Positions 36,652 to 49,432 of a stretch of DNA of 64,000 bases are shown here, in pieces. The notes below the pieces were generated by a model. That model made no database searches, was not told where the DNA came from, and worked only from the letters and a program-made list of their open reading frames with translations. The position numbers were made by a program, and so were the translations under genes. Numbering within the stretch: the stretch's first letter is position 1; each line of letters starts with the position of its first letter. The stretch is from Guillardia theta CCMP2712 (Eukaryota > Protista > Cryptophyta), in the NCBI RefSeq assembly GCF_000315625.1, contig NW_005434661.1:768345-832344 (forward strand), given 5' to 3'.

Positions 36652-38479
36652 TTGGACATGGTGGTGAACCAGGAGCAGAAGAGGGAGAAGACGCATGACA
36701 ACCAGCAGCAGCGAGCAGCTCCCTTGGGGATCAGGATATTCGAAAGGTTTGCCTCAAGTCCTGCCGCTGCCGCTGCCGCTTACAATGCCCTTCCAGCCTC
36801 TTCCCAGGAAGATGGTATGGTCATGCCGTCCTTGCCTCTTGCATTCCCATCTTTCTCTCTGCCAACCCGGGGCAGGTGAGCGCCTCCCATGATGTTTGCA
36901 AGATCCTGACCATTGCCTCAGAGCTTCTTTCTCGGGCTCTACACAGAGTATCTTGTGCAAGGTCTCTCGAGATGTCTCGAAGGCCCTCTTTGTGAACGTC
37001 TTGTACAGATTTCGGTGTATCGCGCGAGACTGTCTCTGCCCTGTTCTTCTTCTCCCTGGCGGGAAGCTCTGTCTATCTACAGCTGATCGGGCGGGTAGTC
37101 GATAGGATAGGTCACCGTCCCTGGAGGCTGGGAGGAGGCTCAAGTTGCATGACAGGAACCAGAGCAACGGTCAAGCTCGGGCTGCTTCCCTTCTGCATGT
37201 CGCTGCTGGTTATGTCGCAGTCCCGGAATTTCTACCTTACATGGTGACCCGTTCCGCTACCCACCTTGTCTTGTGACAGAAATTCCAGCCTCTCGTACGT
37301 TGGGATGCGCATGCTGGGCCCGGAGACTGTGGCCTTCTCAGCTATGGTGACTGTGAACAGATGGTTCCGCAAGCTGAGAGGGAGGGCAGCAGCAGGTGAG
37401 TCAGATGTCCCCAGCTCGAGGGGTTGGGCTGAGTCCGGAGGGTTCAGGGCTCCAGATAGCGCTGGCGCTACAATTGCAACTTGCTGCTGTTGTGAATGTG
37501 CTGATGCAGCAGTATGGATGGAGGGAGGTGTGAGAACTTGAAGAATCGCCTCCTCCCTCTCTTCTCTGTCTCCCTCTCTCCATTCTACCCCATCCCCCTC
37601 CCCCTCTTACGCTGCTCTCTATATCGTCACTTGATGGATTGCAGGTCACGATGCTGTGCACGCTCGTCGTCCTTCTGCTGGACCTCCCTGCCCTGCTCTT
37701 CCTGCAGAATTCACCGGAAGAAGTCGGGTTGCTCCCCGACGGGCTCAAGCACGAGGGCGACAGTCTCGAAGAGGCAGAGGGAGGGAAGGAGGAGGAGCGC
37801 GAGATTAACTTCACCTTCTGGGAAGCCATTCGAACCTACCAGTGCTGGTTCATCATCGCCGTGGCCTTCACCTTGGGGTCTGGGTGGGGGGGCATGAACG
37901 TTCACTTGCAAGCCTTCTGCGCAGAGCGGGGGATGCTCCCTTCGAGCACGTCGCTGATTTACTCTGCGGTCGGACTGTTCGTTCCAGCAGGAGCAGTGAT
38001 CACCGGAGGCCTGCTAGACGGTGTGAGCAACAACAACGACAAGCTGCGGAGATGCTCCGTGGTAAAGCTCCCCTCCCCATCCCTGATCCTGCCCGGCCTC
38101 GTAGACTGACTGGCTGTCCGCAAGCTTCCGTTCGCTGCTGCTGTCGCGCAGATAATAGCTATCTTCATGTCCAACTCCGCCATGGCGTTCTCTTTTGGAG
38201 TGTTCACGGGGTTGTTTGTGGGAGGCAACCAGGTTCGATGTTTCACCTCCGTCGTTCCCTTTCCCCTCACCTCTTCTACATAACTTGTCCGCTCTCCCAC
38301 CCCTTCTTCTCCCTCCGCTGATATCCTGCTCAGCTTCCCCTTTCTTTCAGCACGCTGACTATGAAGTGTAGGTGATGGGGATTACCATCTTTGCGTCATT
38401 GTATGGAAGGGCGCATGTTGGTAGCATGCAGGTGAGAACCATGATGATGATGATGATGACGACGACGACGACGATGACC

Positions 38480-38534
<55 letters not shown>

Positions 38535-38837
38535 GGAGGAGGAGGAGGAGGAGGAGGAGGAGGAGGATTCAATTCTAAACGTAATCATTTGCAGGCACTC
38601 TTGGCTGCTGCAGGCCTCCTGGGGGTAGCGATTGGGCCTGTCTTCTTCGCAATAACACATTCAGTGTGGAAATCATTCAACCCGATATTGATTGCAACGG
38701 CAAGCACACAACTCTTCTTATGCGCCATGTTCTTCTTCATCGCAGCTCCCAGGAAGGAAGGTGGAGGATGCGATGAGGGGAACCCTGGAGACAATGCTCA
38801 TCCTCTAGCGGAGAAGGATGAGCTCGATGGGGTGTAG
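36652..38837 (+). CDS. Major facilitator superfamily transporter, multi-exon (start uncertain)
   Basis: IGRVVDRIG (motif A), VNRWFRKLRGRAA, NSPEEVGLLPDG, FTFWEAIRTYQCW, FASLYGRAHVGSMQ and multiple TM segments. Confidence 0.8.
38441..38566. repeat. (GAT)n/(GAC)n/(GAG)n trinucleotide repeat in an MFS intron
   Basis: Read directly. Confidence 0.9.
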
Positions 38838-38999
38838 CGATGCCTTGAAAGGATCCTGTGCATAGCATGTTCAATGTTTATTGCTTTTCTTTCTACTCTA
38901 TGAAGGTCCAGAACAAATCAAGGAATGCCTGTCCATAGCTTCATTCTAGCGCTGCGCTGCGCTGTTCACACTGAAGGATAAGAACCTGAGAACATGCCA

Positions 39000-40116
39000 T
39001 TAAGCGCCGCACAGCAGCAGCCTTGACATTCCCACCTGCGCGCGAGGAAACAGAGATCTTGAGAAGGAGGAGATTGAACTCTCGTGTGAGACAGAACTGT
39101 TTCTCATCTCGACCAGGACCTTATCCTCTCATCAATGTGCAAACCGATCAACCACATGATTGAAAGTCACCAGCTTCTCGACATCTTCTAACCTCTGCTG
39201 TGAAGACAACACTGCAACGATAGCTGCCTGCAAACATTACAAGAGCAGCGGTGAGCGAGGAGAGGGGGGGAACTGAGCAAGAGAAACCACCTTGAGAGGG
39301 CTGATCGAAGGGTTGAAGGCACAGTTCTCTGCGTATCCTCCTCCAACGATCTTTCCGCAAGATAGCATCAGCGCAACGCCTGATGGTGAGCGGGTGTACG
39401 GCTGCGAGCAGATCAACCAGCAGAGCGAGAGTGGGAGAGGCAAACCGCGTAAGATCGGTTAGCACGTTCGAGTGCGACATCTGCTAGAGGCCTCCATGCC
39501 TCCTCGGGCACTTCGACAAGCTCCAGCTCGTGTGCTTGCTCGCTCAACAGTCGTCCTCTGCCTCCGAGGTCCTTCGGGGAGAAGGCGGAGGGAAGGAGAG
39601 CATCGATGTCTGTGGGTTTCTTGGACGGTGAGATCCAGATCGACAGCTGAGAAGCTTCAGCGAGCTCTGAGATGATCTGCCTGCAGTCTGGAAGCACGGA
39701 GTCACATGCAAGTGCAACAGGAAGGCAGCGAGTGAGGGTCAGGGGAAGCACAGCCTCGAGAGTTTCTCACATCCGCAGGGTGCCATGGAGACGGCCAGGT
39801 GGGATATGGACCTTTCCCCATGATTGATCGCGTTGGTGATGGCGAACTCCTCTGCATGTATGACATGCTCGAGCCCCTGGTGCCGGAACTCTACATTGCC
39901 TCCCAGATAGGACGTGCCGCTCTCCCCGACTGCAACGGCTCCTACCCTGAAACCCGAGATCTGAGACAAGTCAGGAGGACAGTCAACTGGAGCAAGCAAC
40001 ACACCTCTGGCTTCGAAAACCCCTTCGCTTCCTCGAGCAACCGATACAGACCAACTGCAACTACCTGCACGAGACGGCTCAGCCATGGCATCTCGCCGCT
40101 TTGCACCCATGGCCAC
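39000..40116 (-). CDS. cdd: Cytidine deaminase, homodimeric (E. coli/plant) two-domain type, multi-exon
   Basis: ISGFRVGAV, YLGGNVEF, IHAEEFA, APCG(Y)CRQ, LLPSAFSPKDL, ANRSYA|PYTRSPSGVAL and YAENCAFNPSISPL. Confidence 0.9.
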
Positions 40117-40289
40117 CTGTTATGACACCCCCGGTCGATCCTCTCGCACTCTCCTCTCCGTCCCCTAAACACCACCTGCCCACCCTGCCCGCCCGCCCGC
40201 TCTCCCTCCTTCCTTCCGGTTTTACTTGGTCTCAGATTTCTCCATGAGTCTGAGTCTGATGCTGCTGCTAATGCTAATGATGATTTTCA

Positions 40290-40298
40290 TATTGCTGC

Positions 40299-40360
<62 letters not shown>

Positions 40361-40563
40361 GTGCTGGTGCTGGTGCTGGTGCTGGTGCTGGTGCTGATGA
40401 TGATGCTAGTGATGCTGGTGCTGGTGGTGGTGCTGGTGGTGGTGCTGGTGGTGGTGGTGGTGGTGGTGCTGTTGGTGGTGGTGGTGGTGCTTGTGCTGGT
40501 CCTGGTGCTGGTGCTGCTGGTGGTGCTGGTGCTGGTGCTGCTGATGATGATGACGATGATGAT
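40290..40563. repeat. Compound (GCT)n/(GAT)n/(GGT,GCTGGT)n microsatellite
   Basis: Read directly. Confidence 0.9.
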
Positions 40564-40719
40564 GCTCTACGACTTCTCTCATGTCTTGCATCACCTCGTC
40601 GTCTTCTTCGTCCTCCTTGTCATCACCGCATCCTCCCATGCGACTCCTTTGGCAAAAGTTTCATCCCCCTCATCCCCATGCTTCATCTCCCTCATTACTG
40701 CCTCATTACCCATGCAAAA

Positions 40720-41180
40720 TCCGTTATGAATCACCAGAGATTTGTAACCATCAAAATGCTGTATGAGGGTTGAGTACCCACCCCCTTTTAAATTCATGGC
40801 GAAACCCCATCCGTTGGTACGATCACCCTTGCAGGACCCCCTTTCAAAGAACCCACCCCACCCTCTGTTCTCATGAAGTACCCCTTGAAAGTACTTTGCA
40901 AGGAGGGGTCCCTGGCTTGCAGGGACCAGCACGAGGGAGAAAGTTCGACAAGTTCCTTTGTACATGACCCCACCCCTAATGAAGAGTACCTCCACCCTAT
41001 CACAAATCCATCACTACCCAGCGGACCCAGGAAGACTCGAAGAAGTACCGGTACTTTTCAACATTTCCTTTGTAGGAGAAGACCCGTATTCAACAATTTC
41101 AGTACCCCTGACCCCAATCAAGTATACCCCTACCACCATTTCGAATTACCCCTACCCCCAGTTTTCTCAATACTCTCCCC
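40720..41180. promoter_or_regulatory. ACCCC-rich divergent intergenic block
   Basis: Dense ACCCC/TACCCC motifs between cdd (minus) and HSP110 (plus). Confidence 0.5.
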
Positions 41181-41736
41181 TTGCGCCCGCTGCTTCTCGC
41201 CATGAGCTCGTCCGCTTGTACCTCCAGCATCAGCTCTTCTACCTCCCCTCTGCCCCCTTCCCTTCCTGATCATGCTCATGCGTTCTATCCTCTCTTATGT
41301 TCTTCCTCCCCTTCCAGCCCCTTCGAGTATGCAAGTACTGTACATGTCCTCCAGCATGGAGTGGAATCAACAAAGTGATACTAAAATCATGTCTTTCACG
41401 ATCATTTGGATCATCATTCACAGCAACGCATTGATTTGTAGCGAAATCAATCTCCTTGTATTGATGAATGTCTCTGTATTCATAGCATCTCTTCTTCTTA
41501 CAGTCAGGATCCTGGATCTCTACATCGCAGCCTGTGAACTTCATGTTTGCGTCCCATTTAGTCTTGTTCCATCCATGGAATGAACTCGAGATGCTTGTTT
41601 GTTTGATAATTGAAGATACAAGAGCTTTTCTTGATCTGACATGTCCTTGATCAGGAACCCTTAGCGCTAGGCTTCAATTCGCGCACAGAATTGACCTGAG
41701 GCCCGATCCTGGAATCTTTGCTCGCGCCGTGCCACC

Positions 41737-44330
41737 ATGCCATTCAATATGCCATGGAGGAATCCTCTGCTAGAGATATGCTTCCTGTCTGCCATCGCGT
41801 TGCTGTGCATGATTGATTGTTGCAATGGCGCGCCAACGGGGGCTGTTATGGGCATAGATTTCGGTACTGACAACTGTGTCGTTGCGATTGCACGCAGGAA
41901 GGGAGTTGATATTGTTAGCAACGAAGCCTCTCAAAGAAGCACTCCCTCAATTGTATCTTTCGGAGCAAGTGAGAGGTTCATCGGAGAGCGAGGCTCCTCA
42001 CAGAGGATGATGAACCTCAAGAACACCGTGTCAGAGCCGAAGAGGTTACTCGGAAGGAAGCTGCATGATGGGGAGGAGCTGCAAGACTTCACCATCAAGC
42101 TTGAGGAAGAGAACGAGGAAGTTGTTTCCAGAGTCTCTCTCTGTGGACATGATAGGACGTTCACCCCCACTCAGCTCGTGTCAATGATCCTTGGGAACTT
42201 GAAGAAAATAGCTCAAGCTGATCATGGATCTGAAGTGATTGACTGCGCCATCGGAGTTCCTGTGTACTTCACCGAAAAGCAAAGAACTGCTTTGAGAGAG
42301 GCTGCTTCCATTGCCGGATTGAAATCCCTTCGATTGATCAATGACAACACAGCCACAGCTCTGGCATACGGTATTACCAAGACTGACTTGCCAGAAGACA
42401 ACCCGAGACATGTAGTCTTCCTGGATTTAGGACATGAGAGCACGCAAGTTTCTGTAGTTGCTTACAAGAAGGGGCAACTCAAGGTCTTATCACATTCGTA
42501 CAACAAGGAGATCGGCGGTAGACACATTGATAAATTGCTGTTCGAGCACTTCGCGGAAGTTTTCAACCAGAAATACGGTGTCGATGCTAGGAAAAATTCA
42601 CGTGCAAGCTTGCGCCTTCGCACTCAATGTGAAAAGTTGAAAAAAACCCTTTCAGCAAATCCGAAGGATCTCGAAACGCCGATTCATGTTGAATGTATGA
42701 TGGAAGATAAGGATGTATCAGGTATGTTCACTAGGGCGCAGCTCGAGGAATTGTTAGAAGGCCAGGGATTGTTGGCCAAGATCCAATCTACCATTGAATC
42801 AGCCATGGAGTTGTCTGGAATCAAGATGGATCAGGTGGACAGCGTCGAGATGGTTGGAGGAACTTCGAGAATCCCTAGAGTTCGTGAGTTGGTATCGGAA
42901 TTCTTTGGCAAGGATTCAAGAACAACCATCAACGCTGCCGAGAGTGTGGCAAGAGGTGCATCCTTGGCTTGTGCGATGCTCTCGCCAGCCTTCAGGGTTC
43001 GTGAATTCCGCGTGTCGGACTGCTGCTTGTTTCCCGTTGAAGTGCAATATTACTCGGAGGACGGTTCGTGCAAAGGCAAATTGGAGTTCGAACGAGGCTC
43101 TGAGGTCCCAGGACAGAAGAGCCTGAAGCTCAAGACCGCTTCTCCGGTGCACTTTGAATGGATGCACAGTCAGGCTGAAGGTCTTCCGAAGGATGCATCT
43201 GTTGTGCTGTGCAAGCACAAAGTTAATGTTGATCCGAAGAAAGGAGAATGCTTGTTGAAGTTGGACTTGGGTTTGGGACTTGACGGATGCCCGGCCATCT
43301 TTTCTTGCGTGAAGGAAACTCAGGAAGAGGTTCTTGTCGAGCCTTCACCCCAGCGTACCCCCAAGAATCCAAGCTCAAACGCAACCAACACTACAGAGGA
43401 AGGAGCCGATAAGATGGCTGACGAAGCTGAAAACCTGCGGTTCCTGAAGCCCCGAAGACCAAACTTGTTACACGACAGGAGAAAATCTCTGTGGACACAA
43501 CGTTTCAACTCGGAAATCTTCCTGAAGCCCTTGAGAGATTGATGGAGGATGAGCGAAATATGGCCAGCCACGATGAGCTTGTCCATGAGACCCATGCAAG
43601 CAAGAACTCGTTGGAAGAATATGTTTACAAGATGCGAGATGCAATCTCCTCCACGTACTCTCAGTACGAGTCGGAAGACAAGAAGCGCGAGTTTCTCAAG
43701 AGGCTGGACGACATGGAAGAATGGCTCTATGGAGATGGAGAAGAAACCAGCAAGGACGTGTACGTCGAGAAGCTCAAGGAGCTGAAGCAGATTGGGGATC
43801 CTATCGAGAGCAGGGCCAAGGACTTTGAAGACGTTCGAGAGGCCTTTGGGAAGATGAGGAGCTACATCGACTTGTGCAGGAGGATGTCGCATACCGAAGA
43901 CAAGAGATTCTCTCACATCACAGCTGAGGAACGTGCCAAGGTTGTTGAGGAGTGCAACCAGTATGAGAAGTGGGTGCAGGAGCAGGAAACCATCATAAAG
44001 GCAGCTCCCAAGACTGAAGTTCCACCCAAGTTTGCGTCGGAAGTGGAGTCCAAGAGGTCTGACCTGGAGCATGCTTGCAAGAAGATCATGAACAGACCGA
44101 AGCCCAAGGCTCCTTCCCCTCCTCCTCAAGCTGACAAGCCTATGGAGGATCAGCCGAAAGAGGATGAGCAGGCCAAGGAGCAAGATGAGGATGAGCCTGA
44201 GGAAAGGAAGGATGAGGATGCCTGGATGGCAGACGAGGCAAAGCCCGACCAAGCAGCCCCAATGGACACGGAGGCAACAGGCGCCGCTGCGGAAGAGGAT
44301 GGGCCCGTGGAGATGGAGAAGATGGACTGA
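41737..44330 (+). CDS. HSP110: HSP110/Sse1-type Hsp70-family chaperone with an N-terminal signal peptide; one frameshift near 43430
   Basis: GIDFG, IVSNEASQRSTPS, LINDNTATALAYG, VEMVGGTSRIP, SKNSLEEYVYKMRD and EEWLYGDGEE; two overlapping ORFs 41737-43542 and 43491-44330. Confidence 0.9.
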
Positions 44331-44460
44331 AGCGTTGAGTGCCAGGATGAGGCAGACTAGAGAAAGGTGTGAGTGTTGGAAGTGGTTTAGAGTGAATCTT
44401 TTGTGGTCGGTTCTATCAGATAGTCTTCCTTCCTGCTGTACGTCCTGAGCTGCTGACCCC

Positions 44461-46130
44461 TCACGGCTTTTTCTGGCGAACTTCAAGGAATCTCTCAAGG
44501 GAGTAGGCGGAGGACCCTAGCAGGGTGATGGCGATTCCTACAGAGTTCCAAAAGGAGACTCTGTTACCGAAGATGATGACGGACAGCACCGTCTGCAGGG
44601 CCGTCTTGGCGCAGCCTGAGATGTGAGTTGTGAGCGGCGATCCGTACTTGATGAGCGCGAAGTAGGCCAGGTTGATCAGAAAGCCGACGACCGCCGCCTG
44701 AGGACGAAAGCGTCAGCTCCGACCGAGCGCATGCCGCCGGCGACTCACGTTGGTCATCATCAGCCAGAACATCCTTGACTCCATAGCCCCCGAGCTCAGA
44801 GCTCCCTTGAGCTCCCCCGAGATGTAGACCATGGGCGCTAGCGCGAGGATACCGAGGAAGGTCGTGTAGTGCATGAGGCGCCAGGTTGAGTTGCCCACCA
44901 CCGGCAGAATCTTCTTGACCGAGGTAGAGTAGCAGGCTACCATGATGGAGGAGAAGATCCCAAAGATGAAGCCCTGCAACGAGTGCTGAGACTCTGCGCG
45001 TGGGGCTGGTGGGACATGGACAAGGAGGAGGAGGAAGGGAAGGGAGAAGGGGGCAGCAGGGGTGGGGGCAGTAGAGGGAGAAGGGGGAAGAGGGGGGAGA
45101 AAAGCGTAGGGGAACCTCATGGCTGAAGTTTAACTCCGTCACTGTCCCCAGGGCGAAGCCAACCATGACGACGATGGAGCAGGTTGAGGCGTTGAAAGAA
45201 GGCAGGACTCCGAGGAGGAGGTAGCTGATGAGAATGTTGAAGGGGATGACTAGAGATCGGAGGATCTGCTGAAAGTTCAGATCCTATTGATGGGAGGAAT
45301 TTGGGGTGGGGTGGGTCCTGTTGATGGGAGGGAGGAGGACGGGAGGGGATCATGTTGATGGAAGGAAGGAGGGGTGGTGAGGGTCCCTTTGATGGGAGGA
45401 AAGAGGGAGGGGGGGATCCTGCACCTGGTAGAAGCTGATGTCGACGTGCTTGAGGCAGTAGTTGGTCGACGACAACATGGAGACGAAGAGGAGGGTGACT
45501 GGCAGAATCTTCATGGCGATCGCTCCATCCAGGTCAACCTGCCGCATGCTGTCACAGGACAGCCAGAAAGGAGCAGCTCGCCATGACAGGAGGAATGAAG
45601 GTAAGGACTCCGAGCTTGGTCGAGACCTCTCCGAGGATGTAGAGCAACGCCATGGCTACAACGAGCTGAAACCTGCGGGAGAATGATGAGAAATGAGGAG
45701 GAGAGAGAAGCTGCGCAAGTACTCGGTCACGAAGAGAGGATACTTGAACCGCGAGAAGATCAGCTTGTTCAAGAGGGTCAGGCTGAGGGACCTGTGGCGG
45801 TGGGTAAGGGAGATACGGGCCATGACAACAGCAAGCTCACGTGCTTAGGTAGAACAAGACCGCTCCCAGCGTCATCAGCGGTGAGTTGCTCTCCTCCTCC
45901 GCCACCTTCTTGCTCGTCTTGCCGGCGCTCGGCGCATTCATGCCCTGCCTCCTCCTCCATGGCGCGTGCTTCAGGATCCCGGCCGCGCCTATCCCCAACC
46001 CTCCTCCTCGGAGCCTGACTGCCGCCGAGGTAGCGATGCCACCATGGGTCAAAGAGGGCAATGAAAAGGAGACGTCCACATGGGAAGTGACGGCAAGGAG
46101 GAGCAGGAGAACAGTCCTGGAAATCGCCAT
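44461..46130 (-). CDS. SLC35C1: GDP-fucose transporter (SLC35C1-like nucleotide-sugar transporter) with a signal peptide and RLRGG leader, multi-exon
   Basis: NYCLKHVDISFYQ, RSLVIPFNILISY, GFIFGIFSSIMVACYSTSVKKILP, GFLINLA..IKYGSPLTTHISGCAKTALQT. Confidence 0.85.
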
Positions 46131-46329
46131 TCGTTGGATCCGCAGGAGAAAGCTTGAAAGAGAAGCACGGACGAGAGCAGGTGCAAGGAGGATGAAGGAG
46201 GGGAGGGGAGGGGAGAGAGCAGGAAGGAGGAAGAGGAGGATCTGAGTACAAGAAGGAGGAGGGAGAGCAGCAGGAGGAACGGAACTAAGCGATGACAATT
46301 GCTGCCATTGCCGGGGGCCGGTCCTCTGG

Positions 46330-46410
46330 TCATCCATCTTCCCTGGTCGATACTACCTTGCGGCTCATGACCAGCACTTGACTGGAGGGCACCAGGAAGG
46401 AGACGGGGGA

Positions 46411-46465
<55 letters not shown>

Positions 46466-47000
46466 GGAAAGACCACAGAGAGCAGACAGCAGGGACATGG
46501 GATGAGATGTTCTGGTGTCACAACATGTTGTTTGGATCTCAGAATGTCATAGCTGACTTCTTGGCAGGGAGATGTCAACGACAATCTATCGCTGCGGCAC
46601 AGGTGGAGTAGATCTTCAGGCCTTGCAGTCGATCTGACGCTCGTCTCAGCTGGTTTCTTCGCTGCATTTGCATCTGTCTGTGCCAAGTTTGCATTCTCCG
46701 ACTTGAACGATGTCAAGTTCCTAACCCAGGCCTGTAAGACCAACAACACTGAATTTCTTCTGATCCTCCTTGAACACCAAATCCTCCTCCTCCTCCTCCT
46801 CCTCCTCCTCCTCCTCCTCCTCCATCTCCTCCTTAGTCATCCCCATAATTCTTTTTTTTATTCTAATAAGAAGGAGCGAAGGCGGCCGAGCATAATCAGG
46901 AGAGGCAGCTCCTGCAGCGTTTTAGCCAGAATCCGCTGACGACGACGTTGTTCTCGTCGGCGGTCTTCTCATCGTCGGCATGATAATCTCCATCATGATG
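46330..47000 (-). CDS. Hypothetical multi-exon gene fragment, 5' part lost in the gap
   Basis: Short non-repetitive segments bounded by GT-AG and microsatellite introns (e.g. AWVRNLTSFKSENANLAQTD...); no family recognised. Confidence 0.3.
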
Positions 47001-47072
47001 ATGATGAAGAACAACAAGAAGATGATGACGATGTCCACCTCCACCACCACGACCACCACCACCACCTCCTCC

Positions 47073-47714
47073 NNNNNNNNNNNNNNNNNNNNNNNNNNNN
47101 NNNNNNNNNNNNNNNNNNNNNNNNNNNNNNNNNNNNNNNNNNNNNNNNNNNNNNNNNNNNNNNNNNNNNNNNNNNNNNNNNNNNNNNNNNNNNNNNNNNN
47201 NNNNNNNNNNNNNNNNNNNNNNNNNNNNNNNNNNNNNNNNNNNNNNNNNNNNNNNNNNNNNNNNNNNNNNNNNNNNNNNNNNNNNNNNNNNNNNNNNNNN
47301 NNNNNNNNNNNNNNNNNNNNNNNNNNNNNNNNNNNNNNNNNNNNNNNNNNNNNNNNNNNNNNNNNNNNNNNNNNNNNNNNNNNNNNNNNNNNNNNNNNNN
47401 NNNNNNNNNNNNNNNNNNNNNNNNNNNNNNNNNNNNNNNNNNNNNNNNNNNNNNNNNNNNNNNNNNNNNNNNNNNNNNNNNNNNNNNNNNNNNNNNNNNN
47501 NNNNNNNNNNNNNNNNNNNNNNNNNNNNNNNNNNNNNNNNNNNNNNNNNNNNNNNNNNNNNNNNNNNNNNNNNNNNNNNNNNNNNNNNNNNNNNNNNNNN
47601 NNNNNNNNNNNNNNNNNNNNNNNNNNNNNNNNNNNNNNNNNNNNNNNNNNNNNNNNNNNNNNNNNNNNNNNNNNNNNNNNNNNNNNNNNNNNNNNNNNNN
47701 NNNNNNNNNNNNNN
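47073..47714. other. Assembly gap
   Basis: Run of N flanked by CCA/CCT microsatellites. Confidence 1.
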
Positions 47715-47866
47715 AACACCAACTACCTCCTCCTCCTCCTCCTCCTCCTCCTCCTCCTCCTCCTCCTCCTCCTCCTCCTCCTCCTCCTCCTCCTCCTCCT
47801 CCTCCTCCACAACCACCATCTGCTCCATACTCGCAATCTCATCAGCACTCCTGACTATCGTCCTAG

Positions 47867-48465
47867 GTCAAGTTCTCGGAGGGACATGCGAGGGCCATCG
47901 ATCTGCAGTACGTGACCCGTCGCCTGTTGTGCCATAGTTCTCACCTGCTAACAAGGTCTTTCTTGTCTTCCGCGCGACATTCTTCGCCGGCATGCTGATC
48001 TCCAATGGGCTGATGATGACCAACTACACCAAGGCCATGCACTTGACCTCCCCCTTCACCGCGACCGTGGCTACCACCTCCTTCAACTTCTGCATCACGG
48101 TTCGATCGCCTCCTCTCTGCACTGATCTTCACCCCTCTACTATCCGCTCCTGCTTTCTCCCCTCTCCCTCACTCGCCTGCCCGTACACCAAACCCCTCAC
48201 ACCCTTTCCTACCCTCAGTTCCTGCCTCTGCTCTCTCCTCTGCTTCCCTGTGTTCTTCCTCTCCTATCGTCTCACCCATCCTCCTCTCTCTCCTCTTCGC
48301 CCATCCCGCGTCATGCTGATCGCCAGCATATCGCAGGCACTTCTATCCATGTGGCTCTTCGGCGAGCAGCTGCCGCTGCTGTGGTGGATCGGATTCTCCC
48401 TGATCCTCCTCGGAGTCACACTGCTGGCGGTCGGGCAGCGGGGAAAGGAGCAGAAGATGGACTGA
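47867..48465 (+). CDS. TMEM42: TMEM42-like small DMT-fold membrane protein, 3' exons
   Basis: MLISNGLMMTNYTKAM..ATVATTSFNFCIT|ALLSMWLFGEQLPLLWWIGFSLILLG. Confidence 0.75.
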
Positions 48466-48479
48466 GAGGCACGCGAGGT

Positions 48480-49395
48480 CGACATGGCTGCCATGGCGGA
48501 TGGAGTGGGGGTTCAATGGGAGTTAATATCAAGACTGCGGCTGCTGGAGACGAGCTGGTCTTGACTAGTCCAGGATCTGGAGCTCTTGTGGGATGTTTGT
48601 CTCCAGCACTGTGTCCAGCAGGTCGAGTTTCTGTTGGCTCAGGTTCAGCCAGCGCACGTTCGCGGCCCTCCGAGGTCACCTGGATGGTCTTCTTCATGTC
48701 CGTGATGATTTGGGAAGAACGCTGGCAGGAGGGTCAGAATCTCCCTCGTTGATTTCAAATGTTGAGGGACCTGCTTCGCCTCTTCGACGACTTTCAGGAT
48801 CTCGTGCTCGTTCTCTTTGATGTCGTCCCGATTGATATCCTGGTGGTCATTGAAGTCACCGACGGAGGTCACTGGAGCGACGGCAGGACGTCCCACCTCC
48901 TCCGATGCCAGCAGAGGATCCGCACAGAACGCGTCGAGCTCGTCCAACCTCCTGGCCAGCTCCTACAGTTGACGTCACTGCTGAGCGACGGGGGAGGAAG
49001 AGCGGACGTGCTCGTCGGCGAAGTTCTTCAAGGACTTGAAGACCTGGGGTAGCAACATGCGCGTCAGTCGAGACGTGGGCAGGCAGGAGAGCTCACGAAG
49101 GTTGTAGGGAGGATGATCGGCTCCTCCTGCTCGTCGCTGCTGGTCGTGTGCAGGTAGGGGTGCTGGGCAAGTCAGTGGCGGCAAGTAGGATGCTTCGGGG
49201 TTACATAAAATCCGATCTCAGGCTTGGCCTTGATGTTGTCGGACTCTGACGGCATGTCCACCTGGCTGAAGTTGCCTGTCGCCATGTCCAACTGAGGTAG
49301 AGGCAGACAGTGAGAAAGAGAGGGAAGGACGGGGGGGGGGAGGGAAGGGAGGAGCACGAGCACGAGCACGAGCACGAGCATGAGCACGGGCACGG

Positions 49396-49432
<37 letters not shown>

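Noticed and set aside
40226-40729. 167-aa poly-L/V/M ORF and the antisense poly-H/Q ORF
   Set aside because: Artefacts of trinucleotide microsatellites.
41202-41640. Possible small gene upstream of HSP110 (LRVCKYC...)
   Set aside because: I could not assemble a consistent spliced ORF or recognise a family.
43320-44498. 392-aa minus-strand ORF, and similar antisense ORFs over ilvD and the STRA6-like gene
   Set aside because: Antisense shadows of GC3-rich coding sequence with no independent motifs.
46896-47915. Long ORFs spanning the N run
   Set aside because: Open only because N codons contain no stops.
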